The notes beneath the pieces were generated by a model. The model was not told where the DNA came from. It made no database searches and saw only the letters and a list, made by a program, of their open reading frames with translations. DNA of 64,000 bases from Takakia lepidozioides (taxonomy: Eukaryota; Plantae; Bryophyta): assembly GCA_030704615.1 (NCBI GenBank), contig CM060732.1, positions 70,308,001 to 70,372,000 of the forward strand. Direction: 5' to 3'. The first letter of the stretch is position 1. Each line of letters begins with the position of its first letter. Shown here in pieces: positions 25,604 to 39,709 of the stretch. A program made the position numbers and the translations under genes.

Positions 25604-27619
25604 GAAAGAGCTTCAAATTACAAGGCACGACAGGATGGACTGAAATAAATTGGCAATCGAATCATCCTTTGGAGTATAGTATAATTGACATGATAGTTGT
25701 AACTTTTGTTTCATCTCAAAAATCAAATATCAAATATCAAATGAAATGTCTAATTTTGGCCCTGATCATTTTCGCAGGAATTTATGCAAGCATGTCAACT
25801 CATACTGGAGATGAGTAGCATGAAGGAGGCCATAGTTCTGGTTCTCTGTGACGAAGACGTAGAGAACCTCTGGAAGGAAGTGCTCAAACAGTGGGAACAA
25901 GGAAAGCTTATTGATATTTTCGAGATTCAGTGCAAGGGTGAAACGCTATCGCTGAATAAAACCGCTATCGCGAAACTGCAAGGACTTAATAGCAGGCAAT
26001 TGAAAAGAGTGGCGGAGAAAATCTTCAACAGGGACATTTGCATTCGGAGAACGAAATTCAATGGCGCGGATAAATCCAAAAATACAATGAACGCGTATAT
26101 TGACCAAATGAAATTGCGACGGTTTATTATCGACGATGTAATAGAAGTCTTAGGGTGGCCTCGGAGGAGCAAATAGAACCCGGAACCGTACACCAAACTG
26201 GAGTGGCGTGATCTGAAAAAAAAATTACAACTTCAACAAAGCTGAGTTTGAAACTTTTCGAGATCGGCTCGGGAACGACTACATTGTAAGCAAACAGAAG
26301 ATGAATATGGAGATGCAGCCAATGACTGCTGCCTTCAAAAAATATGTCTTGTCGTGCAAGCAAACCTTTGAGGATAACCAGAATGCCTTGGCGATTCTAC
26401 GTACGAGCTTCAGGTCCCATTACACACAGCTGGGGGGGAACCAAAAATTTGTTGATGCCAGATCATGGAACGGTTTGACGACATATCGATGGTGTTCGTC
26501 AATACAGTTTGTGATGATGACTTTGTTGTCTTCGAGGCAAATGACTACTCCAATATCCTGGATGCTTTTGTGGCTCGGAAGCTCATGTCCAGTGCTTTTG
26601 TGTTTTTCTCGACACAAGAATCATCGGGAAATCTTGTGTCATACATCCGGAATTGTCCTGGATGAAAGTCTCCCGGACGGTTCTCTGCCTCGACTACGTA
26701 TTTCCGGCAACAGCTAAGGAGATGGTGAATCCGGATGATCACATTCAAACTGTTTTGTTAACGCCGGACCCAATTAATCCCGTTATCCAAGGACCAAATG
26801 TAGACCCGACCTCGCAGGAGAAGGAGTGCAGGACTTACACTCATGAGCTGAGGGCGGACACCTATGATTACCTGGTTTTTTTTTTTTTTTTTTGTAGGGA
26901 CGGGATGTCTTGTGTGAACGTTTTCGGAGGAGTGGCAATGACATACGTTTTGCTTGTAAGGGGATTCTGCTTCGTTTTGGAATTTTTTGTGGTTGCAGTT
27001 TGTCAGATTCAACTCTCATATTTTTTCTACGTTGTCGGAATAGGGTGTTTAACCAATGTCTGTTTTCTGCTATTGTGAACCTCCACTGGACAGTGGAGGT
27101 TCATGTTACAGGAGTTTTGGGTGTTTTGGGTGTTTGTTATTCGGGAGTTTGGTATGTTTGCCAGTTGCCTCAAAAGAAAGCCTAACCTTTTCAATTTTTC
27201 GATGATTGCAGTTCGTCGGATTTATTTTGATTTCATTGTTTGGTTTCATTGCAGGAAAGAAATATTCGTGTGCTTGACATAAACTATATAACAAAAAAGA
27301 AATTTTGTAGAAGCAAGGTGGAGGCTTATTTCAAGACGCTTCAGATTGATAATCAGACTATCGCCAGAGACGGAGATGACGGAGACTCACTGCAGGATGA
27401 CGAAGTGGATGAAGAAGAGGATGAGGAAGGACACGGCAAAGAGCAGGACGATGAAAAGGAGGAGAAACAAGAACAGGACGAGGAGGAGGAGAAATACGAA
27501 CATGAAGACGAAGATGAGAACATGGAAATCGTCACCAAAGACCAGGGGCAAATGCGACTGATGTGGGAAAGGGAAAGAGAGGGCCAAGAAATTTTCGGGT
27601 TGGATACACTCTGTAATAT

Positions 27620-27920
27620 TTCTTTGAATTTATTGATTATTTATATCCAATCATTATTGATATGTCTCATGTCGAGGCTCCAATCATTGTCCCAGGAAAA
27701 CCCACTTTGCTATTTTTCACGTATTTCCAATAACCAAAAGTACTAGAAATTCGACATCTCCCACACCACATGTCCAAAAATTATGAGACCAAGTCGGTGC
27801 ACCCCTCCTCATCGAGGGCGTTCGAACGGTATCAAGCACTAGGGATAGGGCCCGCGATTTGGGACATCTCAACAATACAAAAGAAAACAAACAAACAAAC
27901 AAACTACCTTGCTTCATATA
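27620..27920. repeat. Dispersed non-coding repeat (SINE/MITE-like), also at ~32970-33335 and ~34360-34735
   Basis: Shared CCCACTTTGCTATTTTT...GTGCACCCCTCCTCAT.GAGGGC...(AAAC)n tail. Confidence 0.7.
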
Positions 27921-30320
27921 TTGAAGTGGTTTTTAATTATTCACGGAGATCTAGTGTAGGTTATTGTTAGTGTAATTTTCCAAATCAAATTATAAGTCAA
28001 TCCAATTGAACTTCATGCAATGAAAATCTATCTTTTTGAGTACATATATTAAGAAGAAAGTAACACTACATAATTGTATGGAGTTTGTTTAATAGCAAGA
28101 TAAATGTGTCATTTTGATAAAATTGAATCAAAGAAAAAATATCATTGTACTATCATAAGACATAAAAAGAGATGGGTGCCAAACGGGAGCCAAAATGATA
28201 AGAAGTCGGCCAAAAGCCTCGACAAAACCAGATGAATCTATCTCTTAATACTCCTAAGCATCTTGAAGACAACCATATACCTTGAATTCAGTGTTGCAGA
28301 TCTTCATATAGTACCAATTCATACCATCGTACAAGTCTTGAGGAGACAACCAAAGATTAGGGGATCCCCTTGGGAATGTTGGTTGTTCAAAGCGCGTGTC
28401 AATTTGTGAGTATGAATATCTAAAGTAGATTATCCCTCTCCAACCCCACAAGGTGTCAAATTCTTTGGTAAACTTGGCACACTTGGCGCTCTAACGACCT
28501 CTACATAAACACACTTTAGACCAAATGATTGCAACAAAGTTATAAGTAAAACATAGTGCTCAAGATATTCCATTTGTCTTTGGGTACAAATTGAAGAGCA
28601 GCCGGCAGCGAATCAACTGCGAACGTTAATACACGCAATGTTTGTGTGCAAGCTGACAAGCCCATTGCTTGGATGCAAATCATGAAACTTCTTTATATGG
28701 GTTGTTGCACAACATTAGACTTCTACATCAACAAGTTGACCACTAGAGCAAATATTATTGTGATAAAAAAATATCAAAACTTATTTTATGGCTCACCTTG
28801 TGAAGGCTTGAATCAAATGCTCATGTCCTCTACATGTCACACAATGATATCGGGGTTGTAGTTTAGGATGAGTATGATTTTGCTATGGTAGGGAAAATCA
28901 CTACAATGAAGATATTCACATCCATGCACATAGAGAATAATAGTACACACAAAACAGACACCGGGTTGTACACCTTTACTGAACACACAGTTGTACACAG
29001 ATGTCTTGAAAGACCGTGAACCAAAGGTTGTAAACTAACTTATACTGAAAACCCCAGGTTGGAAGCCCTAGCCATTTGCTCCAACATGAGAGGGTAGTCA
29101 AGCTCTAAATGATCCCAACCATGCAAGACTAAAATGTCATGATGTAGCCACGAATCTTGGGTAACCAAATAAAGTTCTCTGGAACTAATTATCTCTACAA
29201 CGGTCACAAACAGCTACGCATAGAACAAGTGAATACCTCCACGCCTAAGGAATAAGTGATAATGCACATTATGAGAACCTTAGCCATCACATATGTGAAG
29301 GCTTTCCTCCTTTCAAAAATCAAACTCCACAAGATATCCAAACAAATTCTAGCAAACTATCCTACTGGCTGATGAAGTATTCCCCATGGATGCTGGATTA
29401 AAAACCCTAGGGTGGGAAAACCCAGTTGGACAAAACCCACACCAAGGAAAACCGTGCAGCAAAGACAAATGAGTCTTTCACCCTACAAGTACTACCTATA
29501 ATCGGAAGAAAATGAATCGGCATTGCTAATAAATCTGAACAAAACCTACACATCAACTTTAATTTCCTTAGGCACCAACATTTCTATCATTCTTTAGCCA
29601 AGGATCGCTATTCCACTACATTGCAAGTGGTTCCATGATTGCTAAAGGCTATAGACAACAGTTACCTTCAAGCACATTATACGTGTCATTAGATCACAAA
29701 ATCCATACACAACTACCATGTTTCTACCTAATCACGACCTAGCCATGACTAGCCCTGTAGTCTCAAAATTCATACAAACAACCTGTAGACAGACAATATG
29801 AAGACCAATACCTACACGCAAGCGATACTTCACGACAAAGTAGTTTCCAGTTACCAAAGATAGGCAAAATAGGAAGTGTTCGCGTACCTAGATAGTTGCT
29901 CATCGTGAAAGCTCAATCCCATGTCATACTAGTATTCAGATGTCACAACAAATGTAACCCGAATTCTAGTAGTAATCAAAATGACTATCTCACACCCAAT
30001 TTGAATCTGAGAGAGAGACCACAGGCTTGGTGGCCACAGAAACAGTTTCCACATGCGAATATCAAATTTGGTCAAGATTATCTTAGAAACTTGTGTCTGT
30101 GCTAATCATGTTCTCAGGCACCTAAGCTATTGTTCTTCCACAGAAGGTCCACCCAAAATAATCAGCAAGTCTGCACTCACCACCACTTTCTTTTCCAACA
30201 AATTCCTGGCTATGGGTAACTTTAATAAACCTGATCGTGAAAGCTTAGGGCTCTCTTCATTCACATGAATTAGAAACAAATCACTTAGCAATACTACTAG
30301 TTCCAATTGACATACACTTT

Positions 30321-31010
30321 CCTTTAAGTCATAGTTATCCGCTTTGATGCGTGCGCCTAACCCCCAAACTGGCCGCCGAGCTGATTCGGAGCTTCGGCTG
30401 CTCACCGGGACATAACGATCCCCCCTTGCTTCTCCAACAGACCCTCGAACTATCGGGCCCAGTGGAAATTCCCTTTGGTTGTTGACAGTCCGTAATAGCT
30501 CCCCACACCTGGGTCGTTTTTCGGCTCACTTGCTTGCTTACTTACTAGCTTTTGGTCACTTAACGGGCTTGCACCGTTCTCAAGGTTACTACTCCCTTCT
30601 ATAGGTGTCGGTGGGGGTCTCACAAATAGCCAAGTCATTTTCTGGTGAACCACCACCAAGACCCTCGACTCCCTGTGGTAAGTCGCGGTGAGTCTTGGCC
30701 CACCCACCAAGGCCGATGGACCGTGGTGAGCCCCAAGACTCCCCACGACTCCTACCAGAAGGCCTCAACCTCACAGTGGGTCCTATGCCACCCCCAGTAC
30801 GACTCCCTAAGCTACCACCACCCCACGTGGAGCCCCCACCGCAACCCGACTTGCGGGGCTCTCCTAGTGAGTGCCTCGTCCGCTCCCTTGAGCGCCTTCG
30901 GCCCTCAAGGGTGCTTCAGCCCCATTTTCCTATTGTTGCCGCTGCCCCCACCATAGGGGCAGCCCCTTTTGTGTCCCGACCCCCCGCCTTCAAGACAAAG
31001 GGCCGCGACA
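30321..31010 (-). repeat. Diverged LTR related to the chromovirus LTR family
   Basis: Colinear similarity to 7620-8292, ending GGCCGCGACA. Confidence 0.85.
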
Positions 31011-32579
31011 CACAATCCCACCATCCCACATAACTTGAAACCTGCGGCGCAAATGCCATTGCAAATAAAAACTCGAACTTTCACGCTACAGGGAAGGAAA
31101 GAGAAATTGGGCGCGTGCTAGCTATGAAGCTACCATGATAGCCTTAAAGCAAGCTTATCGTAATCCACCTAGCTTCAACTTAGAAAGCCAAGAATCAGAC
31201 ACAAATTTCAGAAATCAAACACGTGTTTGATAGTTTGATATTCGCGCCGTCAGCTTCTAGTACTAAGCTTAGTTGAGACATGATATAGTCTGAACCAATG
31301 GGACGGAACTGTGAGGCGGATAATATATGAACCTAGCTGTCATACATATACTTCTAGTTTCTAACGTACAAGTTGTTCACAGTCACATACTCCAACCCCG
31401 TACCAAAAAACCATATAGAACTTTGGAGCCATCGAAGCCATGTTGTCCACAATAATGGTGCTTTTGGCTTACTATTACCACAACCCAACAACCAGACCTA
31501 TATGACTGAAACTATTAAGAAACAAATATTTACTTTTCTCCTGTATAGTTACAGCTTTATTAAACTTGAAATCAAGTGCTAACTTAGCACTTCATATCGT
31601 GATCTCTCGAGTGATTTCTCACTAAAAAATCACTCGAATATTAGTTAAGCTCGGGGCACCCCAGGCTATGGGGAATCCATCCCACAACAACCTCTCCTCG
31701 CACACTCATACACTCCAAGTGTCAAAATACTCTGGCACCTCATTTTAGCTGCTGACTAAGTCTAGGTGTCAAAACATTGAATAACTAGCTAACACTTAGC
31801 TAAGTTCACGCTATTACTTAAGTAGTTTGACATGCGAAATAAAATGCAATCTTAGAATGAAAAAGTATGAAATGTGAAACATATGTCATATTGCCGTGAG
31901 ACTTGTGTGATGGTAAAGATAATTTGAATGCAAGAAAAAGATTGAATTGAGAACGAATGTAGGAGGACTGTAACAATGGACAAGTAATGAATGGCTCAAA
32001 ATGTGATGCTCAACCAACTCTGATGTGAACCCAATTTTTTGCCCGTTTGTGAGATAACACAACTCTTCAAGATAAATAGATTATCATGACATTTTTACCT
32101 ATTCAAATGTAAGAATGGAACGATATTTTTAGGCTAGTCTAGCAATTCAATAGGATAAAAAAGAAACCAACTCATTACATGAAACCCATGGAACTAGAAT
32201 ATGTATAGCAGAGAAAAATTTACGAAATTGACCATTTTTGCCATAATTTAAAATGGAACTACATGTTGGATCATGACTCTGCCTCCAAGATTCTAATGGA
32301 AGAAAGTTCCATAAAATGTTCGACACTTCATCATGCTGAGAGAGACAACCATGAGACTCAACTATAAATCCTACCTTATAGAGTGATTAGGGGGTTTGTA
32401 ACACTAGTGACCCATTATAGCAAAGTTCTAGCAACGTTCCCATCACAACTACGACCATGCAAATTGCGACTATTCAAACAAGTTGTGACTCTTTGTCGTC
32501 ACAACAGTTTATATGTGACACCATCTCATTTGTTTCAACCTTTTTCCAATTGACATATATACGTGATATATTATATATA

Positions 32580-34350
32580 CTAGGGTAGTCTGTGCCGTTG
32601 GCCCAAGTGTCTAATGTCATCTAAGCCCAAGTGTAAGATCTTCTATGTATCCTAGTGCGTTTCCTATGTCGAGGCCCAAGTGCGACCTCTAGGGTAGCCT
32701 GTGCCGTTGGCTCAGTGTCATCTAAGTCCAAGTGCAATCCCCTACGTATCCAGAGACCCTCATGTTTAGCATATATATAGGCATAGGGTAGTCTGTGCCA
32801 ATATCGGCCCATGTGTGAAGAATTGAAATCTAAGCCCAAGTGCAATCTCCTATGTATCCAAGTGCTTCTCCTATGTAGAAGCCAAGTGCGACCTCCAGTG
32901 TCCAATGTCATCTAAGTCCAAGTGCAATCCCTATGCATCCAGACCCTGCAGTTTGGGGAGATGTCCATGTCATTATTCCAACAAAGCCCACTTTGTTATT
33001 TTTGCAATCTCCCCTGTCGAGGCTTCATATATTGATATATCCACTTTGATATTTTTTGCCAATTTTGAGCGACCAAAAAGTACTTGAAATTCCAAATCTC
33101 CCACATAAAGGGCCAATCATTGCTCCAGGAAAGCCCACTTCGGTATTTTTTGCCGATTTCCAGTGACCCAAAGTACTTGAAATTCCACATCTTCCACACC
33201 ACAGGTCCAAAAATCATGAGACCAGGCCAGTGCACCCCTCCTCATTGAGGGCTTTCCAGCGGTACCAACCACCAACGTTGGGGCCTTTGCAGTTTGGGAT
33301 ATCTCAACTTGACAAAACAAAACAAAACAAAACAAACGTCTCGAGCATGTGCCGTTGGCCCAAGTGTCCAGTGTTATCTAATTCCAAGTGCAATCCCCTA
33401 TGTATCCAAGTGCGTCTCATATGTCGAGGCCCAAATGCGACCTTGTGCCATCGGCCCTACAGTGTCATCTAAGCCCTAATGTAAGATCTTATGTGTATCC
33501 CAGTGCGTCTCCTATGTCGAGGCCCATATGTCCCCTTCGTACAACCACTAACTCATCACCAGTGCCTTTGGCCCATGTGTGAAGAATTGAAATCTAAGAC
33601 CAAGTGCAATTTCCCCAGTGCGTCTCCTATGTCGAGGCCCAAGTGTGACCTCCAGTGTAGCCTATGCCATTGGCCCATGTGTGAAGAATTAAAATCTAAG
33701 ACCAGTGCAATTTCCTATGTATCCAAGTGCGTCTTCTATGTCGAACCCCATCTAAGCCCAAGTATCCAATTGCATCTCCCATTTAGGGGCCCAAGTGTCC
33801 AGTGTCATCTAAGCCCTTGAGTGCAATCTCCTATGAATCCAAATACGTCTCCCATGTCCAGGCCCAATTTTTTTTTTTCCATGAATTTATTGAGTAGTAA
33901 TATATCCAATCATTATTGATATATCTCCTATCGAGGCTCCAATCATTGTCCCAGGAAACCCACTTTGCTAGGGTAGCCTATACGGTTGGCCCAAGTATCG
34001 AGTGTCATCAGCTAAGTCCAAATGGACTCCCCTATGTAGCCAAGAGCGTCTCCTATGTTGAGGCCCAAGTGCAACCTCTAGGGTAGTCTGTGCCATTGGC
34101 CCAAGTGTCCATTGTCATCTAAGTCCAAGTGCAATCCCCTACGTATCTAGAGACCCTACAGTTTGGGAGATCCAGGGTAGCCTATGCGATTGGCCCATGT
34201 GTGAAGAATTGAAATCTAAGCCCTAGTGCAATCTCCTATGTATCCAAGTGTTTCTCCCATGTAGAGGCCCTAGTGCGACCTCCAATATCCAATGTCATCT
34301 CAATCCAAGTGCAATCCCCTGTGCATCCAGTGACCCTACAGTCTGGGAGA
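32580..34350. repeat. Complex satellite-like array of GCCCAAGTG/TCTAAGCCCAAGTGCAAT motifs
   Basis: Many reiterated CCCAAGTG, CCTATGTCGAGGCCC and TGTGAAGAATTGAAATCTAAG units. Confidence 0.75.
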
Positions 34351-37300
34351 TCTCCACATCATTGTTCCAACAAAGCCCACTTTGCTATTTTTGCAATCTC
34401 CCCTGTCGAGGCTTCATATATTGATATATCCACTTTGCTATTTTTCGCAAATTTCCAGAAACCAAAAGTACTTGAAATTCCAAATCTCCCACTTGAAGGG
34501 CCAACCATTGTTCCAGGAGAGCTTACTTTGCTATTTTCCCCGAATTTCCAAAGACCAAAAGTACTTGCAATTCCATATATCCCACACCGCGGGTCCAGAA
34601 ATCATGAGACCAAGCCGGTGCACCCCTCCTCATCGGGCTTTCCAACGGCACCAAGCACTGGGGCTGGGCCCCGCGGTTTTGGGAGATCTCAACGACGCTA
34701 CAACAAAACAAAAACAAAACAAACGTCTTGCTTTATATATATATATATATATATATATGTTGATTTATGATTGTCGCAGTAAAGTTGCCATCTCTTAGAC
34801 GTCGCAATTAACTACGATATTGTTAGGGCAACATTTTCAACTCTGGGGGAGTTTAAAAAATAATAACAGTTGATTTTGTTTTTCTTCCTATTTTCTTCTC
34901 CTTAATTTCCAACTTTGAGTTTTTGTGTGACTCCTAGAGTGTCATAATTCAGCAGCTACTTGGCCTAAACTGTTTGCGATGTTTGCATGACCGTTCTTAT
35001 TTGAGGTTTCCACATAAATCATCTTTGCTAATGCGTTTTTTTTTCTTCCCCAGCTTGAGACATTTATGAGGTTTTCATTACTCTGAAGATGATATTTATT
35101 AGTATGCAATGACTTAGAGATGCTATATAATGGAAGTCTACGGTTCAAACTTCTCCAAATGCATTGATAACGTAGCTGAGTTGTGGAAGAATCTGAATAT
35201 TTTTCAAGAGTTGTATAAAACATTTGGCGATCTTCTAGCACAAAACAAGATCAAAAAAATAAGAAGAGAACATAACGTTTTTAAAACTTAAAATTAGAAT
35301 TAGAACCTTTGTTGTTTAAGTTCAGGCGATGGTCTCTATGAGTTACAATCAACCCCATTGACAATCATCATAGCTAGATGTGGTGCCTAAGAGGTTGCAA
35401 ATTGCATATGTAATGTTTACAATTTGTGACCCTTGGGAGTCGCTAGTACCCCAACAAACCATTGTAGTTAGCTACAAACAGGGGGTTAGGCACAATAGGA
35501 TTGTGGAAGGGTTGATATTGCATATTAGCGACAAATACATCTGCGATGTGTATGTGACTTTTGAGAAGTCGTAAATATTAGTTCTTCACTTCTTAGTAGT
35601 GCCTCCAAGGCCATATTGTCTTCTTGTGACAATATCAATATAACTTGGTAGTTGGGATCACATATCTTTGCAACATTTCATGTCGGGAAAGGCTACACAT
35701 CAAACTCTCTCAAAAATTTCATGAGACCAACATGCAGATATGACATCAACAATGAATTCTCAAGTTGGCTGAGTTTTATGTATTATGTTGCAAAATTGAT
35801 ATTTGAGAGTGGTCCAAGAGCCCTCCAAACAGTTTCCATTTTGTAAATTCTTTTCCTATGAACCCATCTAGTAACATCAGTAGGTTACGTCAATAGTGGT
35901 TGTTTGAAAAACTCATAATTGAGGTTTTGTTGCACCTACTATAGATGGGACCTAACTAGTTTATGCCATAAAACACATCAAAAGTCATAGCCTTCATATG
36001 TTAGTTTGATAGACAATTTACCATGTCTCATCCATCTCAACAAGAGATATCAAGAAATTGCGTGAGCAACTTATGCTTGCACAAGCATGAAAAATATCCA
36101 AAATGTCTTTTAATTCACTAGAAGTAGATAATTCTAGTTAACCGTGACTAAACCATGACAAAATATTCCAAGTACACGTGTCTTGAACTAATTAGTTTGT
36201 TAATCTTAGTAATATTGGAACAATATCTCAGTATCCTTTGCGTGGTCATGCCCTTGGCACGACCAATAAACGGGTGAGGGAAAAAAATTAAACTCTTAGA
36301 AAAGAGCCATAAGGCATTCCACAGGTGAGAGAGGCAACAACCACCTCCAAAAAGGCCGCGGGAGCATAAGACTTAGCCGCATTCCCTCCTCACCACACCT
36401 CTGCGACATTTCCAACTATGCACTACAACTTAGGTCTCCGCTGAATTCCCCTCTTTTTTCAAGGTTTTTTAATCTTCTTTCTAGCACCTTGGCTATTTTT
36501 ACCACTGCCAACATCAATACCTAACTATGGTGGCCTATGTCACCGCCCTCATTTTATCTCCTCTTCTTGCTATTCACACAAAAACACACTCGCAGTGGCA
36601 GGGATCCAGGCATTCACGATATTTTTTTAATTTAGAAAGACACATTAGAACAATTCAAACTAGCTCTAGCTCACAAAACTTCGACCTTGGCACGTCCGCG
36701 ACGTCTGCGCTGCAAGACAACGCGTCGTTCCCATAAAAACTCACCCCCAAGTCTTTCTACATCCAGATGGTACAAATGCAGAATTAGCCATCCCAAGACG
36801 ACTATACACCAACCGAGAACGTGAAACTCCACCAAGTGAGCAAGAAACATGTAATAACATAAGCAAGGACTATCCTCTTCTACAAAGGAAGAAATGATCT
36901 TTAGCATGTTATGTGCAGAGAATGCTCCAGGCTTGGATACTGGCCCAAAATCCACCGATACCAATCCTACATATCCCTCAGGGCTATACCCGTTCCAAGA
37001 ACAAACACAGGATGACGAAGAAAGTATAATTCAGCATATCGTGAGATTATCGTAGCCCACACAACTTAACTAAAGACGATAGAGCGGCACATTGGAATTC
37101 ACAGCAGAAGATAATACTTGGTTTGACAGCTTTGACGCACTTGTCAATTCTGCAACTGACATAATGTTTGAAAAATGGCCTTGAAGCATTTTGTATGGAT
37201 AGGAGAGATAGGAATATATATATATTTTGTGTATTGCGGTAATACGGGCATTATGGATGCCACCTCTAGTGCCAGCAGTGATGACGGTTAATGGGCCGGT

Positions 37301-38095
37301 GTTCCAACCTCGTTGACGAATTGTGAGGATGAGCGGGGCATATTTATGTTGTTTGTCTAAAGTGGAAGAGTTGGGGTAACGATCACGACAATATTATGTA
37401 AATTCGACAAAGTGGATGGTGAGGTTTGGGAACGGAGTAATAGGGAGCGTTTATGGGTAAACATGGAGAAGCAAGATGTCTGGGCATAGTTTGGCAGAGC
37501 AAATGCAGGGTGAGTGGGGACATGGGAGTCACCATGGAGGGACAGTATGGTCTGGGGGTCTGCCTTGGTAGGTGCCGGCGTTAATGAGTGAGAACCATCT
37601 GGTTACAGTGCGGTGCATGAGAAGTTTATGAATGTGTCAGACTTCGTGGTTATGTCGAGTTATACGAAGTCTGCGGATGATAGGGTGGGTACACTGGCTG
37701 AGGAGGTGAGGCCAGATGTCACTCATTTGTCTATTAGGGGCTCGTGGTTTCTTTGGGGGGTATTTCAAAGGTATCGACCTAGGAGCCAGTAGATTTGTGT
37801 AGCAAAATCCTGGCAAGGTGGTTGCAGTTGACTTTCGCGTGGGGTTGAGGCAGAGTAGTTATTCCATAGCCATACTAGTCTATTGTTGGGTATTAGGCCA
37901 AGGTAGCCTTCATGGCGAGGTTATTGTGAAAGAGGTTATTTCTCCTCGCACTACCTATTAAGGGGCCTGATTTGTGAGTTGTCGCTCGCAGGTGTTTCCC
38001 TTAAACAAAAAGAAAAAAAGAAAAAAAGAAAAAAAAACTTTGTTCACACATCGGCTGGTAAATGCACAGTGTGACGCCCGGTTTGGGGTTCAAAC

Positions 38096-38896
38096 CAGTG
38101 TTGGACCGGTGTATGGGGGCGAGGTGGGGTATCAGCATGGTAAGGGTATTGTAGCACGGTACCAGACCAGGCGGGTACAAGCAACGGGCAGTACCCCGGG
38201 CATAACGTATTGGGGGCAATAATATAGCAAAACCCTAATACCTGGGCTCCTACCAGACGAGCCTGGTATTGCAAAGAACGCAACTTTGCTAGTACTTCCG
38301 CCAACTCCCTCTGAACCTCGAGCACCTCCCATGTGTGCCATGGATGCCTGCACCCCGTGAGGTCGGGATGGCATGACTTGAAAGGACCATGTGCGTAATT
38401 GTGCGCCATGTCATCTTCCCAATGTCGATGGCAGAGTTGACCCAAACTTGGCAGTGGTACCTGCAGGTTTGACTCTTTCGCTGTCACTTGCACCCTATGT
38501 ATCAATATGTGGAGCGTTAGGGATTAGGGTGCAGCAATGAAGAGTGCCCTCAGCTTGGCATTTTTGCTTCAAACCTAGCGATTTCTTCAGCATTGGGTTG
38601 GGCTTGGGGTTCTCATGTGGTCAAATTGTTAGGTGCTATGGTTTTCAAGCCTTTTCTATTGATTTTGGCTGTATGTTGCTTGATACCATTCTTGATATAC
38701 CCCCAATATATGTTTAGAAAATTGCAATATTGTTACCATACCATACTAGGCAAAAAAATTATATACATACCATACTGGTACATTAAAAATTTGATATCTA
38801 CTTTGATACCATTACGTGCCTGGTATGAAGGAGGCCTCTTCACCGACGATACCACCCTAGTTGGTATGAAATGTTTATGATACCGGTCCAACACTG
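38096..38896. mobile_element. Non-autonomous hAT element (MITE/Pack-type)
   Basis: TIRs CAGTGTTGGACCGGT / ACCGGTCCAACACTG; perfect 8-bp TSD GTTCAAAC (38088-38095 and 38897-38904). Confidence 0.88.
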
Positions 38897-39709
38897 GTTC
38901 AAACCCGGTGCCCTGCCCCGTGTGTGGATTGTGATTGTTCGTGACAGTATGTCTGGGCGCTGATCGTCCTGTAGGTCTCATGCCCCATAAATGAAAGGGG
39001 GTTAATTTTTCCCGTTCATAGTAACCTTTTGATTAAAGAAAATAAAAAGTATCTCAAAAAAAAGGTGTAGGCATATAAATTTATTGAAAAGAGGTGTTTA
39101 TCACATTCATTATGGTCCAGAAAGTGAAATAATGACTTTTGTTTTCAAGGAAATAAGAAATGTGTTTTGAGGGAAAGATTTGGCTGGTGATAGTATGCCC
39201 AGGAGACCTGGAACTTACATAATACCAAAAAGTATATGCATACTAAACACTGTGTATTGGTAGGAAAACAGGTACACTGAAGAGATGATGAAGGGGCAGA
39301 GTAGTTTTGGGCTCTCCCTTTCATGGCTGCGGGTATTGAAACATATTTAATGGGCAAGTTTGATGTTCCCACTCAAGTTCCAAAGGTTCTCATTTAAGTG
39401 AGATTGGTGTGGAGTACTTGTTCCTTGTGGTAGCAACTCATGGCATCTGCCAGCCTACATGGTCTTACATCAGTAACAACAGAGAACATACTTTGTGTGA
39501 CTAGCTTTCGAAGCTACTCAAAGAGGACTTTGTGACCATCACCCGCCTCATACACATACAGTATTACTAAATCTAACAAAGAATCACCCTTCGATGTTGG
39601 CAAGTCTTTCCAACTCCCCCACCCTTTCACTCCTGCATAACTATTCCCTAACCTCCCCCCTTCAGGTGAAAACACAAGAACACAAACATGGATCTAATTG
39701 CACCTGGGA

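Larger units (their letters stand above)
18025..27600 (+). pseudogene. Element-1 multi-exon gene with ParB/Srx-like domain and a possible degenerate C-terminal methyltransferase-like fold; interrupted by a Gypsy insertion
   Basis: The frame is restored across the insertion (FRFEA|TQDVKVIMMELAPRDMMYRPLNVKH). FVIDGQHTIIAAQ lies at 24482-24520 after a 1-nt shift. GT-AG introns predicted at 24521-24648, 24899-25777 and ~26957-27254. Acidic tail. Confidence 0.6.

Noticed and set aside
28000-30300. Possible ancient retroelement remnants (also 36.2-37.9 kb)
   Set aside because: No diagnostic motif could be read with confidence.
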